Assembly: GCA_030390025.1 (NCBI GenBank)
Contig: CM059432.1
Location: 31,188,001 to 31,252,000, forward strand
DNA length: 64,000 bases
Origin: Squalus acanthias
Taxonomy: Eukaryota
Direction: 5' to 3'
Of the stretch, positions 13,025-26,442 are shown piece by piece. The notes under the pieces are model-generated. The model was not told where the DNA came from and ran no database searches. It saw only the letters and a program-made list of their open reading frames with translations. Numbering within the stretch: position 1 is the first letter of the stretch; the number at the start of each line of letters is the position of its first letter. The position numbers and the translations under genes are program-made.

Positions 13025-13770
13025 CACTTTTTTTAAATTCATTCTCTTGATGTGGGCATCGCTGGCAAGGCTTGCATTTATTGCCCATCTCTAGTTGCCC
13101 TCATTCAACTGAGTGGCTTGCCAGGCCAGTTCAGAGAGCGGTTAAGAGTCAACCACGTTAGTGTAGGCCAGGCTAGGTAAGGATGGCAGGTTTCCATCCC
13201 AAAAGGATATTAATGAACCAGTTGGGTTTGGTTGTGGGTTCAAGTCCCACTCCAAAGCACAAAAATCTAGGCTGACACTCCAGTGCAATGCTGAGGGAGT
13301 GCTGCACTGTCGGAGGTGCCTTCTTTCGGATCAGACGTTTAACCGAGGCCCCTTCTGCTCTCTCAGGTGGACGTAAACGATCCCATGGAACTATTTTGAA
13401 GAAGGGCAGTGGAGTTATCCCTGGTGTCCTGGCCAATATTTATCCCTCATTCAACATAACAAAATCAGATTATCTGGTCATTAGCACATTGCTGTTTGTG
13501 GGAGCTTGCTGTGCGCAAATTGGCTGTTGTGTTTCCTGCATTACAACAGTGACTACACTTCAAAAGTACTTCATTGGCTGTAAAGCACTTTGGGACATCC
13601 TGAGGTCGTGAAGGGCGCTATATAAATGCAAGTCTTTCTTTTGCAACAATCTGATTTTTATTCCAGATTTTTTAAAATGAATTCAAATTCTCAAACTGCA
13701 ATGGTGCAATTTGAACTCATGTTTTTCTGGATTATTAGTCCAGGCCTTTGGATCACTAATCCAGTGACCA
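13025..13770 (-). mobile_element. tRNA-derived SINE (family of 53120-53610), interrupted by a SacSINE1-like copy
   Basis: gcatttattgcccatc tail and aactgcaatggtg/ttgaactc head are reverse complements of 53120-53610 motifs. Confidence 0.55.
13232..13642 (+). mobile_element. SacSINE1-like DeuSINE
   Basis: B-box ggttcaagtcc; Deu domain ctcaggtggacgtaaacgatcccatgg...gtcctggccaatatttatccctc; tail gcgctatataaatgcaagtctttc. Confidence 0.8.
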
Positions 13771-13774
13771 TGAG

Positions 13775-14270
13775 GAAGGATACCTAAGGAAGGACATACT
13801 TGCCTTAGAGGGAGTGTAATGAAGGTTCACCAGACTGATTCCTGTGATGGGGACTGTTCTATGAGAAGAGACTGAGGAGACTAGGCCTATATTCCCTAGA
13901 ATTTAGAAGAATGAGAGGTGATCTCATTGAAACATATAAAATGTTTCCCCTGGCTGGGGAGTTTCAAACTCGGGGTCACAGTCTCAGAATAAGGGGTCGA
14001 CCATTTAGGACTGAGATGAGGAGAAGTTTCTTCACTCAAAGGCTTGTGAATCTTTGGAATTCTCTACCCCAGAGGGCTGTGGATGCTGAGTCATTGAGTA
14101 TATTCAAGACAGAGAGCGATAGATTTTTGGATATTAAGGGAATCAAGGGATATGGGGATAGTGCGGAAAAGTGGAGTTGAGGTAGAAGATCAGCCATGAT
14201 CTTATTGAATGCCGGAGCAGACTTGAAGGGCCAAATGGCCTACTCCTGCTGCTATTTCTTATGTTTTTAT
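13775..14270 (+). mobile_element. CR1/HER1 3' fragment
   Basis: MRGDLIETYK...FFTQRLVNLWNSLP; CR1 3' UTR. Confidence 0.85.
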
Positions 14271-15119
14271 GAAGCTGTCGTATTGTCATAAAAACCCAAC
14301 TGGTTCATTAATGTCTGTTAGGGAAGGAAACCTGCCGTCCTTACCTGGAGTGGCCTAATTGTGATTCCAATCCCATGCCAGCGTGTTTGACTCTTAAAGC
14401 CATTCAGCTGTATCAAACCACTTCAAAGAATAACCTCGTCGCTGAGTCAAAATCTTACCTAACAGCGTTGTGGGTGTACCCTCAGTACATGGACTGCAGC
14501 GGTTCAAGATCAAGTCCCACCACCTTCTTGGATCAACTAGGAATGGGAAATAAATGCCAGTCTTGCCAGTGACCCCACACTTGAGAATTTTTTTTTAAAG
14601 CTGCTTTGTAGGAATAACCAACAGAAGAGGAGAAAGGAGAGCAATAGATAAAGGATGTCAGTAAAATATATTAAATACTAGTGGAAGAAGGGCCTGTTAA
14701 GGGACTTAATAGCCTCAAAATGAATTTTTTTTTAAAGTGGAACAAGGTGAATAGTGCTGGATAATACAAAGGAGTCCTCTCCGTCAGGCTGCAAAAAAAG
14801 CATGAGAAAGGGCAAAGGTGAGTCAAATAACTCCAGAATGGAAAGGAGCATGGTGGAATGTGAACGAGACAAATAGGCAGCAACTTGGGGGACAGCTAAG
14901 GTCTGACGCTGCCTACGTCATTGTTCAGACCATAGGGTTGCAGCATGTCCACAGAAAGATGAGACACTGTCCTTGAAATTTGCATTGAGCTTGGTTGCTG
15001 CTATGTTGCAAACAAATTCGAGTGGAAATGAGAGAGGGAGTCAAAGTGGTGAGCCACATAGAGCTCAGTAAGACTGATCCCAGCCACCTAATCGGCGCTT
15101 GCGGAACAGCTTCTGCACA

Positions 15120-16755
15120 GCTAAGATAAGGGCTCATGGGGTTGGGGGTAATATATCAGCATGAACATAAGAACATAAGAATGGATCGAGCATTGGCTAA
15201 AGGACAGAAAACAGAAAGTAGAAATAAACAGGTCATTTTCAGGTTGGCAGACAATTACTGGTGGGGTGCCGTAAGGATCAGTGCTGGGCCCTCAGCTATT
15301 TACAATCTATATTAATGACTTAGATGAAGGGGCTAAGTGTAACGTATCCAATTTGCTGATGATACAAAGCTAGGTGGGAAAGTAAGCTGTGTGGAGGAGA
15401 CAGAGTCTGCAAAGGGATATAGACAGGTTAAGTAAGTGGGCAAGAAGGTGGCAGATGGATTATAATTGTGGGGAAATGTGAAGTTATTCACTTTGGTAGG
15501 AAGAATAGAAAAATTGAATATTTTTTAAATGGTGAGAAACTATTAAATGTTGGTGTTCAGAGGGATTTGGGTGTCCTTGTACACAAAACACAGAACGTTA
15601 ACATGCAGGTACAGCAAGCAATTAGAAAGGCAAATGGTATGTTGGCCTTAATTGCAAGGGGGTTTGACGACAAGAGTAAGGAAGTCTTGCTGCAATTGTT
15701 CAGGGCTTTGGTGAGACTACACCTGGAGTACTGTGTACAGTTTTGGTCACTAGATTGATTCCTGGGATGAGAGGTCTGTCCTATGATGAGAGATTGAGTA
15801 GAATGGGCCTATACTCTCTGGAATTTAGAAGAATGGGAGGTGATTTCATTGAAACATAAAATTCTGAGAGGGCTTGTCAGGGTATGAACATAAGAACATA
15901 AGAATTACAAACAGGAGTAGGCCATATGGCCCCTCGAGCCTGCTCCGCAATTCAATAAGATCATGGCTCCTAATTCTTATGTTATTATGTTCTCAACTCC
16001 ATTTTCCTGCCCAATCCCCATATCCCTTGATTCCCTTAGAGTCCAACAATCTATCTATCTCAGCATTGAATATATTCAACGACTTAGCATCCACAGCCCT
16101 TTGGGGTACAGAATTCCAAAGATTCACAACCTTCTGAGTGAAGAAATTCCTCCTCATCTCAGCCTTAAATGGCCTCTTAGCATCTACCCTGTCAATCCCC
16201 CTCAGAATCTTATATTTTTCAATGAGATCACCTCTCATTCTTCTAAATTCCAGAGAGTATCGGCCCAATCTACTCAATCTCTCATAGGACAACCCTTTCA
16301 TCCCAGGGATCAATCCAGTGAACCTTCATTGCACTGCCTCTAGGGCAAATATGTCCTTCCTCAGATAAGGAGACCAGAACTGTGCACAGTACTCCAGGTG
16401 TGGTCTGGAGGGTAGTTGCTGAGAGTCTGTTTCCCCTGGCTAGAGGGTCTAGCATTGGGGGGCAAAGTCCCAGGATAAGGGGTTGGCCATTTTGGACTGA
16501 GATGAGGGCTAATTTCTTCACTCGGTTGGTTGTGAATCTCTGAAATTCTATAGCCCAGACTGCTGTGGATGTTCAGTCATTGAGTATATTAAGGCTGAGA
16601 TCGATAGATTTTTGGACTCTAAGGGAATCAAGGATATGGGGATCAGGCTGGAAAGTGGAGTTGAGGTCAAAGCTCAGCCATGATCTTATTGAATAACGGA
16701 GCAGCCTCAAGGGGCTGTATGGCCTACTCCTGCTTCTATTTCTTATGTTCTTATG
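15120..16755 (+). mobile_element. CR1 RT/3' fragment containing an antisense CR1 insertion
   Basis: FADD-like tttgctgatgat; KCEVIHFG; LEYCVQFWS; 3' UTR with (TTATGTTC)n. Confidence 0.85.
15885..16408 (-). mobile_element. 5'-truncated CR1 inserted antisense into CR1
   Basis: ORF 15993-16313; TSD AGGGTA at 15879-15884 and 16409-16414. Confidence 0.85.
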
Positions 16756-17248
16756 TTTACAGCTGCTGAATTTATTAGCATAAGCTCCTCTGATGGATTA
16801 GTGGGTCAATGCGCTGCCTGATGTGGTACTGAGTCATCCTGACTTAGGAAGGTGAATTCTCAGGTACAATACCCGGACTGTACTGAGGAACTCTGCTAAG
16901 ATTGCAATTATACCAACAATCTGTTGATATTAATTTAATTATTTTTGAAGAGAAATTCATTTCAAGCAGCACAGCATTCCAATTACATTTCTCTCTCCCA
17001 CAACTTCCTCCCAGAGGTTAATACTTCTAGCTTCTGAAGCTTACAGTATCAGCTGTGGCTTAGTTGGTAGCACTCTCGTCTCGGCTGTGTGGGGGGTGGG
17101 GGGGGGGGGCATTACAATCCAGGTGGATGCTAGCCTAGCCTGTCATTCGTGCACTTTTCAACAAGGTCGCTGGACATCATTCAGGAATCTGTGCCCTGGC
17201 TGATTTCTCCCTATGTTTAGCTAAGTGTAGTAACCTCATTGACATATT

Positions 17249-17997
17249 GGCCCAGGTATTCCGATCGCAGGCCTCCCGCGGGCGGAGGACTGCGATCTGG
17301 AAAAATCTGCGCCCTTACCTGAGGGCTCCCGGGAGGCGCACAGTTCCGATGCTGGGCCTCTCCAAACTGCCGGTGTGCAGGGCCCACGTATCCCAGAGGC
17401 ACATGTAGTTCGCAGCGTCCCTGGGATCACGTGGGCCATGGGGAGCCAATCAAAGAAGGGAATCTCCCTTCATACATTTGACAGGAAGACCTGTCAAATA
17501 TATGAATGGAGATCACCCCAAAAACATAGTAAAACTTTAAATAAATTTTTTAAAAAATCACATTTTTAAAATGACTTGAAAGTACAAATAAATTAACTAT
17601 TTTAAACAAAACTTTAAATTTTTGAAAAAAATAATTAAAGTTTTTTACCGGGCTAAAAATAAAGTATTTTTAAAGTATTTTTAAATGATAAATCAAATCA
17701 GTTGGAATTTTTTTTTTTTTTAATTTTTTCAACTCTTATCCTGGTAAAAGCAGGCGCAAGAATTGTAAGTGTTTTCTGCGGGTGGAGGGTCTCCAAAAAG
17801 CGGAACTCTCCACCCGCAGAGGCCCTGCTCCCGGGCAGCCGGAGGATCTGTCAAGAGCTTTCTTGACAGATCGGAAATGCCGGTTTCCAGCGCATGCGCA
17901 GTGCATGCCTGAAACCGGCATTTCCGATGTCCCTACGGGTGGGTACACAGCCCGTACACAGCGTGTACCCACCCGTAGGGATCGGAATATCCAGCCC
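17249..17997. mobile_element. Non-autonomous DNA transposon (Harbinger-type MITE, ~750 bp)
   Basis: Imperfect TIRs GGCCCAGGTATTCCGATC / GATCGGAATATCCAGCCC; GC-rich ends, AT-rich centre. Confidence 0.7.
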
Positions 17998-18049
17998 AAT
18001 GTTTAACCTGGGACTTTCTTAGTCTTGGGTAGCAGCAGGGGTGCAATAA

Positions 18050-18700
18050 TTGTCCATACTGCACAGGTACAAAAAGTAATCAAAAAGGCTAATAGAATGT
18101 TGGCCTTTATCTGAAGGAGACATTTCTGCTTCAGTTGTAGGAAGCCTTGGTCAGAGCCCAGCTGAAGTACTGCTCTCAGTTTTGGGCACCGCACCTCAGG
18201 AATTATATTATTGAGGGGTACAGCACAGATTCACTAGAATGATATCAGGGCTATAAGGGTTAAATTATGAGGACAGGTTGCTTAAACTGGGCTTGTATTT
18301 TCTTGAGTTTAGAAGATTGGGTGGATGGTCTAATTGAGGTATTTAAAATGATTAAATGGATTTAAGAGGGTAGAGAGAAATTCATCTGATGGGAGAGTCC
18401 AGCACAAGGGGGTACAATCTAAAAATTAGAGCTAGGGTAGGCCAGTTAGGAGTGAAATTATGAAGCACTTCTTCACACAAAGGGTATTGGAAATCTGGAA
18501 CTCTCTCCACCAAAAGGCTGTGAATGCTGGGTTAATTGAATTTTTCAATACTGAGATGGACAGATTTTTGTTAGATAAGGGCATCAAGAAATATGGAGAA
18601 AAAGTGGCTAAATGGAATTGAGGTGCAGATCAGCCATGATGTAACTGCATAGTGGAACAGGCTCAAGGAGCTGAATGGCTTACTCCTGTTCCTATGCTCC
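18050..18700 (+). mobile_element. Old CR1 3' fragment
   Basis: KKANRMLAFI and FFTQRVLEIWNSL remnants plus CR1 3' UTR. Confidence 0.75.
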
Positions 18701-19489
18701 TACTGTCCAGGGCTAAGGTAAAACAGTCAAGGTCACCATCTTTTATTATTCTTCAGTGACCCCTGCTAGAAAGGGGTGTTAAATAAGTGCATGATCAGGC
18801 TTGGTTCTGATACCTCCCACCCCCCATGGTCAAGTAGCAACTCAACAATCCCTGTCAAGGCTCAGCGATGGAGAATGGGCACTTGAGTGAATTACCCATG
18901 GTCTGTCAGAGCCTTTAGATCTGTATCACAGAATAGTCCAATGCCTTCAGCAGTGAAAGGGAGAACATTGGACAAATAGTTGCTCATTTAAGAGATTGCA
19001 ATGTTTCTTAATGTTATGCCAATCATTTCTGGTTTTGTTTCATTCTCAATAAATACAAGAGCAGTCATATTTCAGATCCTTACCGCTATCTATTTCACTA
19101 TCTTTAGCGTAACGTTCTTGGTAAAAACATTTGTATGAAGACTTTTTGTTCCATAAACATTGTACAAATGAGTCACAGTTCATACTTCAGTATTATTCAG
19201 TGAATGGCTTGTCATGAATTTGTTCTATTAACATTATTTGAAAGCTTGTGTCAATTTTTTGTGGAAGTTTCGCTTCAAAGCCATTCTTAATAAAATGCTT
19301 GGATGCCTTAAAATTAGGTTTGATGTGTTGGGCTGATTTTCTGACTAACTTATGCAAACTGCTCCTATACAAAAGATTATCTAACTCATCCCTCCATAGA
19401 AAATACAACCTGCCTCATTACAGCATCTAACTACCTCTTGAATGACTTGAGTTTTGTCTCCACTACTTTATCACGACCATCCCAGATGT

Positions 19490-19765
19490 TGTTAATTCAT
19501 ATTTATTATTATTCATTCTCGGGATGTGGGCGTCACTGGCAAGGCTGACATTTATTGCTCAACTCACTGTTGTCCTGAGAAAGTGGTGGTGGGGCTTCTT
19601 CTTGAATCTTTGATACAACTGAGTGGCTTGCTAGACCGCTTCAAAGGGAAGTTAAGAGTCATCCACATTGATGTGGGACTGGAGTCACATATTGTCCAGA
19701 CGAGATAAGGACAGCAGGTTTCCTTCCTTGAAGGACATTAGTGAACCAGTTGGGATTTTATGAAT
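19490..19765 (-). mobile_element. SINE 3' part (family of 53120-53610)
   Basis: gacatttattgctc...gagaaagtggtggtgg tail. Confidence 0.5.
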
Positions 19766-20775
19766 GCTTGCCTGGTGGAAGCCCATATCTGGATATCAGT
19801 GTCAGTATCAAGAACACCGAAGTCAGATAAAGCATTGCCACGGATAAAGCATAACTTTTCCCCAACAACATTACCCAACCTAGCCAACTGTTTGACCAAC
19901 ACTCCTCCCTCAACCAATACTACCATTTTGCCTAAATATCAATGGTCACTGCACTTCAAAGAACTAATTTGTTGTGAAGTGCTTTAAAATGTTTTGATGT
20001 GAGAGGTAAATATTATTATAATCCCTCCAATGCCAGAAGGGTACCAGCTATTGCACATCTGTTATACTAGTCATGTGGCTTCTCAGTGAATGTTAACTAG
20101 CTCCAAATTATGGGTAGTCGATCAATCACAAATAGGAACAGGGATATAGACTGCCCAAACTGATATATTATAGCCAGTAGAGAGAGAAGTGTTTCATTAT
20201 AGAATCATGGAAGGCTACAGCGCAAAAGCAGCCCATTTGGTTCATCAAGTCTGTACTAGTGTTCTTTTCCACATGAATCTAATCCCACTCTCCTGCTGCC
20301 TTCTGTCAAACTAGATTGCATTTTAACCAATAGCTTATATCTCAGAAGTGAAAGGATAGTATTCTACCGACTCCCCTTTAAAGAATTTCCTCATTGGATA
20401 ACTAGAAATGAATGTGTTGATATCAGTTTATTCATTATTGATACTGACGTTTTGTTAATGCTCAGGGGCCTAGAATATTGGTTTGCCCCCAAAAACGGGT
20501 GTGGGGATTGTGATGCACAAGCAACACGCGCCCATTCGGAGGACAGCAGGCAGCACACGAACTTTGTGCTGCCTGCTCATTTGCATGATTGTGGCGTTCA
20601 GCCCAGCGCTGAACACGCTGTTGGGTGGCTGAATGCTCAGCAGGGGGCGCAAGTTCGTGCAAGGCTAGAACCAATTAAAGCTAGCCAGCACTACTTAAAG
20701 GTAGTCTGCACCTCTTAAAGGGGAGGTGCATTCTGCCTGCAGATCATCATTCAACTGGCTGAAGAAGACTCAAAT

Positions 20776-22209
20776 CATAACAGGGGAGAGAGCGTGCACC
20801 AAGGCTCTCCGATGCAGCACTGGAGGCCTTGGTGCACGAGTTCAATTCAAAGAGAGAGGTCCTCTTTCCACAGGGGGCCAGGAGACCCTAAAGGCAACAG
20901 ACAAAAGTGCAATGGGAGCAAATAGCCAATGTGGTGAATGCCAACAGTATTGCCCCAAAGACATGGACGCAGTGCAGGAAGAAGTTTAATGACCTCACAT
21001 GAGTGGTCAAGGTCAGTGAATTCATCTTCAAATGCCATTTCCCACCATCTGCACCATTATCCTCACACACTGCTCAATGCACCACAGCCCCCCTCAATCA
21101 CCTAACAACAATCGCTACCAAACATGACTCATACCTCATATTCATAGTTTCACCTCACCCTCACACACTTACCACTGCTGCAAGCCTCACACCCACATCT
21201 TTCAGCTTGCACACACTGGCAGCTATTCAACCATGACAGGCCCATCACCCATACACATTGAAACATACTCATTAGCACACTTCCCTTTCTCTTGCAGGAT
21301 AAGGTGGTGGATAACCGGCGCCAGCAGAACCTAACCAGCGGAAGACAGGCTCGCCTGCATCACATCACCACCTTGGAGGAGACGGTGCTGACCATTCTTC
21401 GGAGGGACATGGCTGAGCCCGTGGCCAGTGGTGGGGCTGAAAGAATACCAGATGCTGGTATCCTCATACATTATCCTCCTTCTCACATCCCATTTCCCCC
21501 TCATCCCACAATCTCTTCTGATTTACAAGCTGCACATGGTGCAAGCATGCACATCGTGCTTTCTCCCCCGCTCCCCTCACCACAATCCTACCCTGTGGCT
21601 TTCTCATTTCAGATACCCAAGAAATCCAATCTGCCTAGCCAGTGGTTATAGAAGAAGAGGGAGAGGAGAGCGATGAAGAAGAAAAAACACTGTCACTCGA
21701 TCGGATACTCACAGCCACCAGCTCAGATACAGGCAGTGCGCAGAGTTTATAGGTAGCTAAAGGCGAGATGTGCACATGGTGAATCACCGAGCACGAGTGG
21801 GCTACAGCCAGGGTAGGGGGAAGGCGTAGCACAGATGCCAGCTCCCTGGAGGGCAAGATCGCACACGAGTTCTGCTGCAGAGGACTCAGATGAGGAATTC
21901 GATGGGGCAGCATATAGAAGAATGCTGATGGGTATGCGCAGTGAAATGCTTGGTGCATTGGCAGGCCTGCCAGAAAGCCTAAGTACAATGCCAAGGAGCA
22001 TGGAGGAATCTGGCACTAACCTTGCACAGGGCTTTGCGCAGAACTTGGAGCCCATCCTTTCCAGCATGGAAGGGGTGGACAGATCAATTAGCGCACTTGT
22101 GGACCTAACCAGCCATGCTGCAGCCATTGCGGTAGCACTTCGTAGGAGCACAAGAACAGGAAAAGGCACACCGAAGACAGGCAGGGAATGCACAAGGGTG
22201 ATTAGTTGA
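20776..22209 (+). pseudogene. Harbinger Myb/SANT-like DNA-binding protein gene, 3 exons (~20776-21011, 21298-21457, 21613-22209), with stops and frameshifts
   Basis: RAPRLSDAALEALV...WEQIANVVNA...TWTQCRKKFNDL trihelix signature; donors gtcagt (21012) and gtatcc (21458); acceptors cttgcag (21297) and tttcag (21612); acidic and helical C-terminal region. Confidence 0.8.
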
Positions 22210-22372
22210 CTTTGTAAGGTTATACTGGATGGATTGATGGATAAAGTTGGATTGGAATTTTTTTTTGTGGTGGCTTTTTTTCAGCATAGTGGCCAAGAGG
22301 ACAGTGTGATGGTTACTAGCAGAGGGAAGGTAAGGTGTGGGACTATTGTTGATTGGGGAATTGGGGTTGCGT

Positions 22373-23556
22373 TCACTGGTACCGCTGGCGGATGATTCAA
22401 TCACAGACAGCCAGGACAGTAAGGGGCTAGCTTGGTTGCATCCTCCCTTCTGCTTCTTCCTCTTCTGCTTCTTCCTCTTCTGCTTCCTATTCTTCATCTT
22501 CTGCTTCCTCCTCCTCCTCCTCCTCTTCTCCTCCTCCTCACCTGGTCACCATATGCCTGGTAGCAAGGGCTGTGCCCTCATGATGGCGAAGTTGTGGAGC
22601 ATGCAACAGACCACGATAAATCGTGAGACGGGTTCTGGTGAGGACTGCAGGGCTCCTCCAGAGCAGTCCAAGCAGCGGAGGCATTGATTAAGGACGCCAA
22701 TGGTCTGCTCTATCAGGTTCCATGTAGCAGCATTGCCCTCATTGCACGCATGCTGCCCACTTGTGGTTGGGTTCCAGAGCGGAGTCATGAGCCAGATGAT
22801 CAGCGGATAGCCCTTGTCGCCCAGTAGCCAACCTCTGGTTTGACGTGGTGGCTCAAAGATTGTTACCACAATGGACTGGCGTAGAATAAAAGCATCATGA
22901 CTGCTGCCAGGATACCGGGCATTCACCATTATGATGTGCTGAGCATGGTCGCACTGCAACTGCACATTCAGCGAGTGGTAAACTTTGCAGTTGCGGTACA
23001 TCTCAGCAGTTAGAGACGGTGCCCGCAAAGCCACGTGCATGCAGTCGATGACGCGCTGGACCACGGGGAAGCCCGCTCTCCTGGCAAAGCTACGTGCACA
23101 CTCCGCCTGCTTCTCTCTGGTCAGAGAAAAGATAATGAAGACCCCTCTCCTGACATAAAGAGCTCTGTCACCTCTCTTATGCAGCAGTGGATGGCGAACT
23201 GGGAGTTGTTACAGATGTCACCTGCTCCAACCTAGAAGTAGCACAACGCGAAGAAATTCAGGGCCATGATCACCTTCGCAGCCACTGTCAGCACTATCCT
23301 TATCTGGTGTGAGGCTGCAGGTCTGGTTGCAAGAGGTGGCAGAGTTTTGTGAGCATACTACAGAAAGTGCAGGCACACTGCTCTTGAGGTAAGAGAATTG
23401 CTCTCGAAAGACCCTAGGTGGGTAAGGCCTCCTGCTCAAAGCCCTTCTCCCCATCCTCCTATTCCCTCTGTGAACAGCTTGCCCTCTTCTTTGCTGCCTC
23501 TGCTCCATCTCCCTGTCATGCTGCAGGCCAAGGGGGATGACAACTAGAGCACCCAT
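22373..23556 (-). pseudogene. HARBI1-like DDE transposase (DDE_Tnp_4), frameshifted
   Basis: VIDCMH, HSLNVQ, YPGSSHDAFIL, LLGDKGYP, IEQTIGVL and CCMLHN motifs, plus an acidic (GAA/GAG) tail. Confidence 0.9.
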
Positions 23557-24229
23557 AACTGGGAGCAAGTGGTCTGAATCCTTGAAGTCAGAGCAGCTTC
23601 TCCACTTGCAGCACCACTCCCTGTCACCTCACCAACTTTAAACAACTCTGGAAAGCTCCAAACACTTCCACAAACTTACACAGAGCCAGTAGAAATTAAT
23701 CAGCAACTAACCTGAGAGTGGTTGATGATCCCTTTAAATATCGCTAGTAGGAGATCCTTGTAGCTGCTGAACGCATGTTTAGCTGTGCAAGGTTAACACA
23801 GGATGTTACTTCCAGCATTGAGGACGGAAATGGCAGCGCTGGCATCAAACCAGTGTTGCATGCTGATTGACATCACGATCTGCCTACTTAATATACTTCT
23901 GGCGCACGCTCTCTGCGCTGGCACTACCGCCCTCACCAAGATGGCGTCGGAGCGGCCTGCACCAGAATTGGGCACACGTGGCTCAGATGCCATTTTCGAC
24001 CCAAAACGATACCCATATCGCACAAACGACGGGCGCTACGCAATCGAATTTTTAGGCCAAGATATTCAATGTGACATCCTCCACGGAGGGAGGAACAGGG
24101 ATCCTATTTAATTCTATTTGGAAACTTTCCTTTAGATTGTAGTTTACTCCAGGATGTTCATTCTCCCCTCTTTTCTTCTATCCTGAAGGCACTGACTTGA
24201 GGTAGAAAGTAGTGCTGTGGCTGTCAGCT

Positions 24230-24550
24230 TCCTCCAGGAAGCTCATCAAAGTGGGCATTCTTAACCTGTCAATCTAGAAAGTCAGGAAATCACAGCCATG
24301 CCCGATCCTGTCCACACCCGATGTCCACATTCCCGCACTTTCTAAAGGTTGGATAGTGATAAGAAGCCAAATCCTGGTAAATTTTTACCCTCTTTAGTCA
24401 GTGGCACTGAGGCCAATTGTAACCCGGTACCATCACCCTGGCTGAGATCAGCTAACTCAGTAGGGACCGAACATCACCTTTGTACCTTCCTGTTCTGTAG
24501 GACTCAGTTCTACATAGAACAGAAAATTTAACAACATAAACATGGGGCTA
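24230..24550 (-). mobile_element. AmnSINE2-like SINE
   Basis: cactgaggccaattgtaa...ggctgagatcagctaactcag motifs. Confidence 0.55.
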
Positions 24551-24579
24551 GCCAGACTCCAGAGCTGGTAAGGTGCTTA

Positions 24580-25324
24580 GGGCTAGAAATTCGGTGCCTT
24601 AGCGCCTCCCGTTATTGCCTCCAGTCGGCGATAACGAGGCACTAAGGTCTTACCACCTGGGCGCGGCGATGTTACCGCCTCCCGTGAAATTCACCTGCCG
24701 GTTTGCGGCGACGGTAATCCCTATCGCCACGCCCGCCTGCGGCCAGATATCAAGATGTCATCCGGCCACGCATCGCCCTGGTAACGCCCCGGATCCGAAA
24801 TTAATTTCCGCCCCCTGAAGCATCGCAGGGCGAAAACAACACCAGCTTCAGGGGACGTGCATCGGGCGACCGGCCGCTTCAGGGGCGATGCTTATAGACG
24901 AGGTGGCCAAGGTAAGTAAAAAAAAAACTTACCTTTTTTGATCCGGTTTTTTCTCGCGGGTTCCTGCCCGCGATCGATCAGCCCGGCACTCACTCATGAG
25001 TGCCGGGCTGATCGTGCAGGTTCGCCGCTCCTTTGGTGATCCAGGTAGGTGGTCTTTCTTTTGCAGAGCCTGCAGCGATGGCCCTTCCCTTTAAGGGAGG
25101 GAAGAACCTTCCAATGCGGTAGCACTGCATGGCCCAGTGTGCAGCACTGCAGAACTCACCGCCTCTCCTGCTGTTGATTGCGCTCCAAGAGGGAAGTGGA
25201 GCGCTTGATTTAGCACTCCACCTCCCTCTTGGAGTGAGAAAACCGAATGTTAGAAAAACATAGCACCCGGCACTAATTTTCCAAACATTTAAAAGTTATT
25301 GGGGCGATACCCAATTTCACCCCC
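24580..25324. mobile_element. Harbinger-type MITE (745 bp)
   Basis: TIRs GGGCTAGAAATT / AATTTCACCCCC; TSD TTA/TTA; CpG-rich. Confidence 0.8.
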
Positions 25325-25885
25325 TTATTATTTTATGCAGAAGAAAATATTGGCAAAGAATCTTCGTTCTTCATCTTGGATGAATTCTGATGCAATAACT
25401 GCAGCACATTTAACTTTATTATATCAGACTGAGATAAAGAGTACTTAATTACTCAGCTGACAAATAATTTGACTCTGTTAATTTTCTGAGGACCGCAGGT
25501 TGAAGAAGTGACTGACCAAATTCACTGTAGCATGAGCCAGTACCATTAGGAGAACACGGGCACTTATAATTCTTATTAATCAACTGAACTAACAAGTAAT
25601 GGATGACTCCTTAATCCAGGATTCCCTACAGACATTGATGATATTACATTCAGCCATGTCTAATTCATGATAATTAGTTGTTTTTGACTTTAGGTCTCCA
25701 AATATATTGCAATTGCAATACTCAGCCTCAGGCTTTGCCATTTGTTGACCCATAAACTGAATCTAACAATTCTCATTTCCTGCTTTTTATTTATTTAAAC
25801 TGCACTTCATGCTGAGCATTAACCAAAGGGCAAGGATATCATTGTTGGTCAGGACCCTTTCACCGTTATCAAAATTAAAGACATG

Positions 25886-26442
25886 GGTCTAGAAATAAGA
25901 TAATGTCTGAAAACTGGAGTGGGGATCGCGATGCGCTATCAACCCGTGCCCGTTCGGAGGACTGCAGGCAGTATGCAAACTTCGTGCTGCCTGCTGATCA
26001 GCATGATTGTAGCGTTCAGCCCAGTGCTGAATGCGCTGCTGAGTGGCTGAACACTCAGCAGGGACCCAAGTTCGTGCGAGGCTAGCATCAATTAAAGTTA
26101 GCCTGCACTACTTAAAGGCAGTCTTCACCTCTTAAAGTGGAGGTGCCTTCTGCCTGCAACAGGAGATTGAAGTACCTGATAGGACATTGGAGAAGAAAGG
26201 GATAATGATGGCACAACAGGGGAGTGTGTGTGTACCTAGGTTCTCCGATGCAGCACTGGAGGCCTTGGTCCAGGAGGTCAACTCCAGGAGAGAGGTCCTT
26301 TTTCCACAGGGGGCCAGGAGGCCTTCCAGGTAACAGACTAGACTGCAGTGGGAGCAGATAGGTAAATGCCAGCAGTGTAGCCCCGAGGACCTGGACTCAG
26401 TGCAGTAAGAAGTTTAATGACCTCACATGAATGGTCAAGGTC
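25886..26442 (+). mobile_element. Left end of a Harbinger element with Myb exon 1, truncated at the CR1 junction
   Basis: GGTCTAGAAAT terminus; collinear with 20467-21011; PRFSDAALEALVQEV...QCSKKFNDLT. Confidence 0.8.

Larger units (their letters stand above)
20467..24058. mobile_element. Near-complete decayed PIF/Harbinger DNA transposon (~3.6 kb) with two convergent genes
   Basis: TIRs GGCCTAGAATATT / AATTTTTAGGCC; Myb/SANT-like gene on + and DDE transposase on -. Confidence 0.9.

Noticed and set aside
22546..23064. Host HARBI1 gene
   Set aside because: Frameshifted, flanked by TIRs and paired with a Myb gene; this is a transposon copy, not the domesticated gene
25886..26442. Sixth nesting level (Harbinger hosting CR1-a)
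   Set aside because: No continuation of this Harbinger or TSD found after the CR1, so nesting cannot be shown
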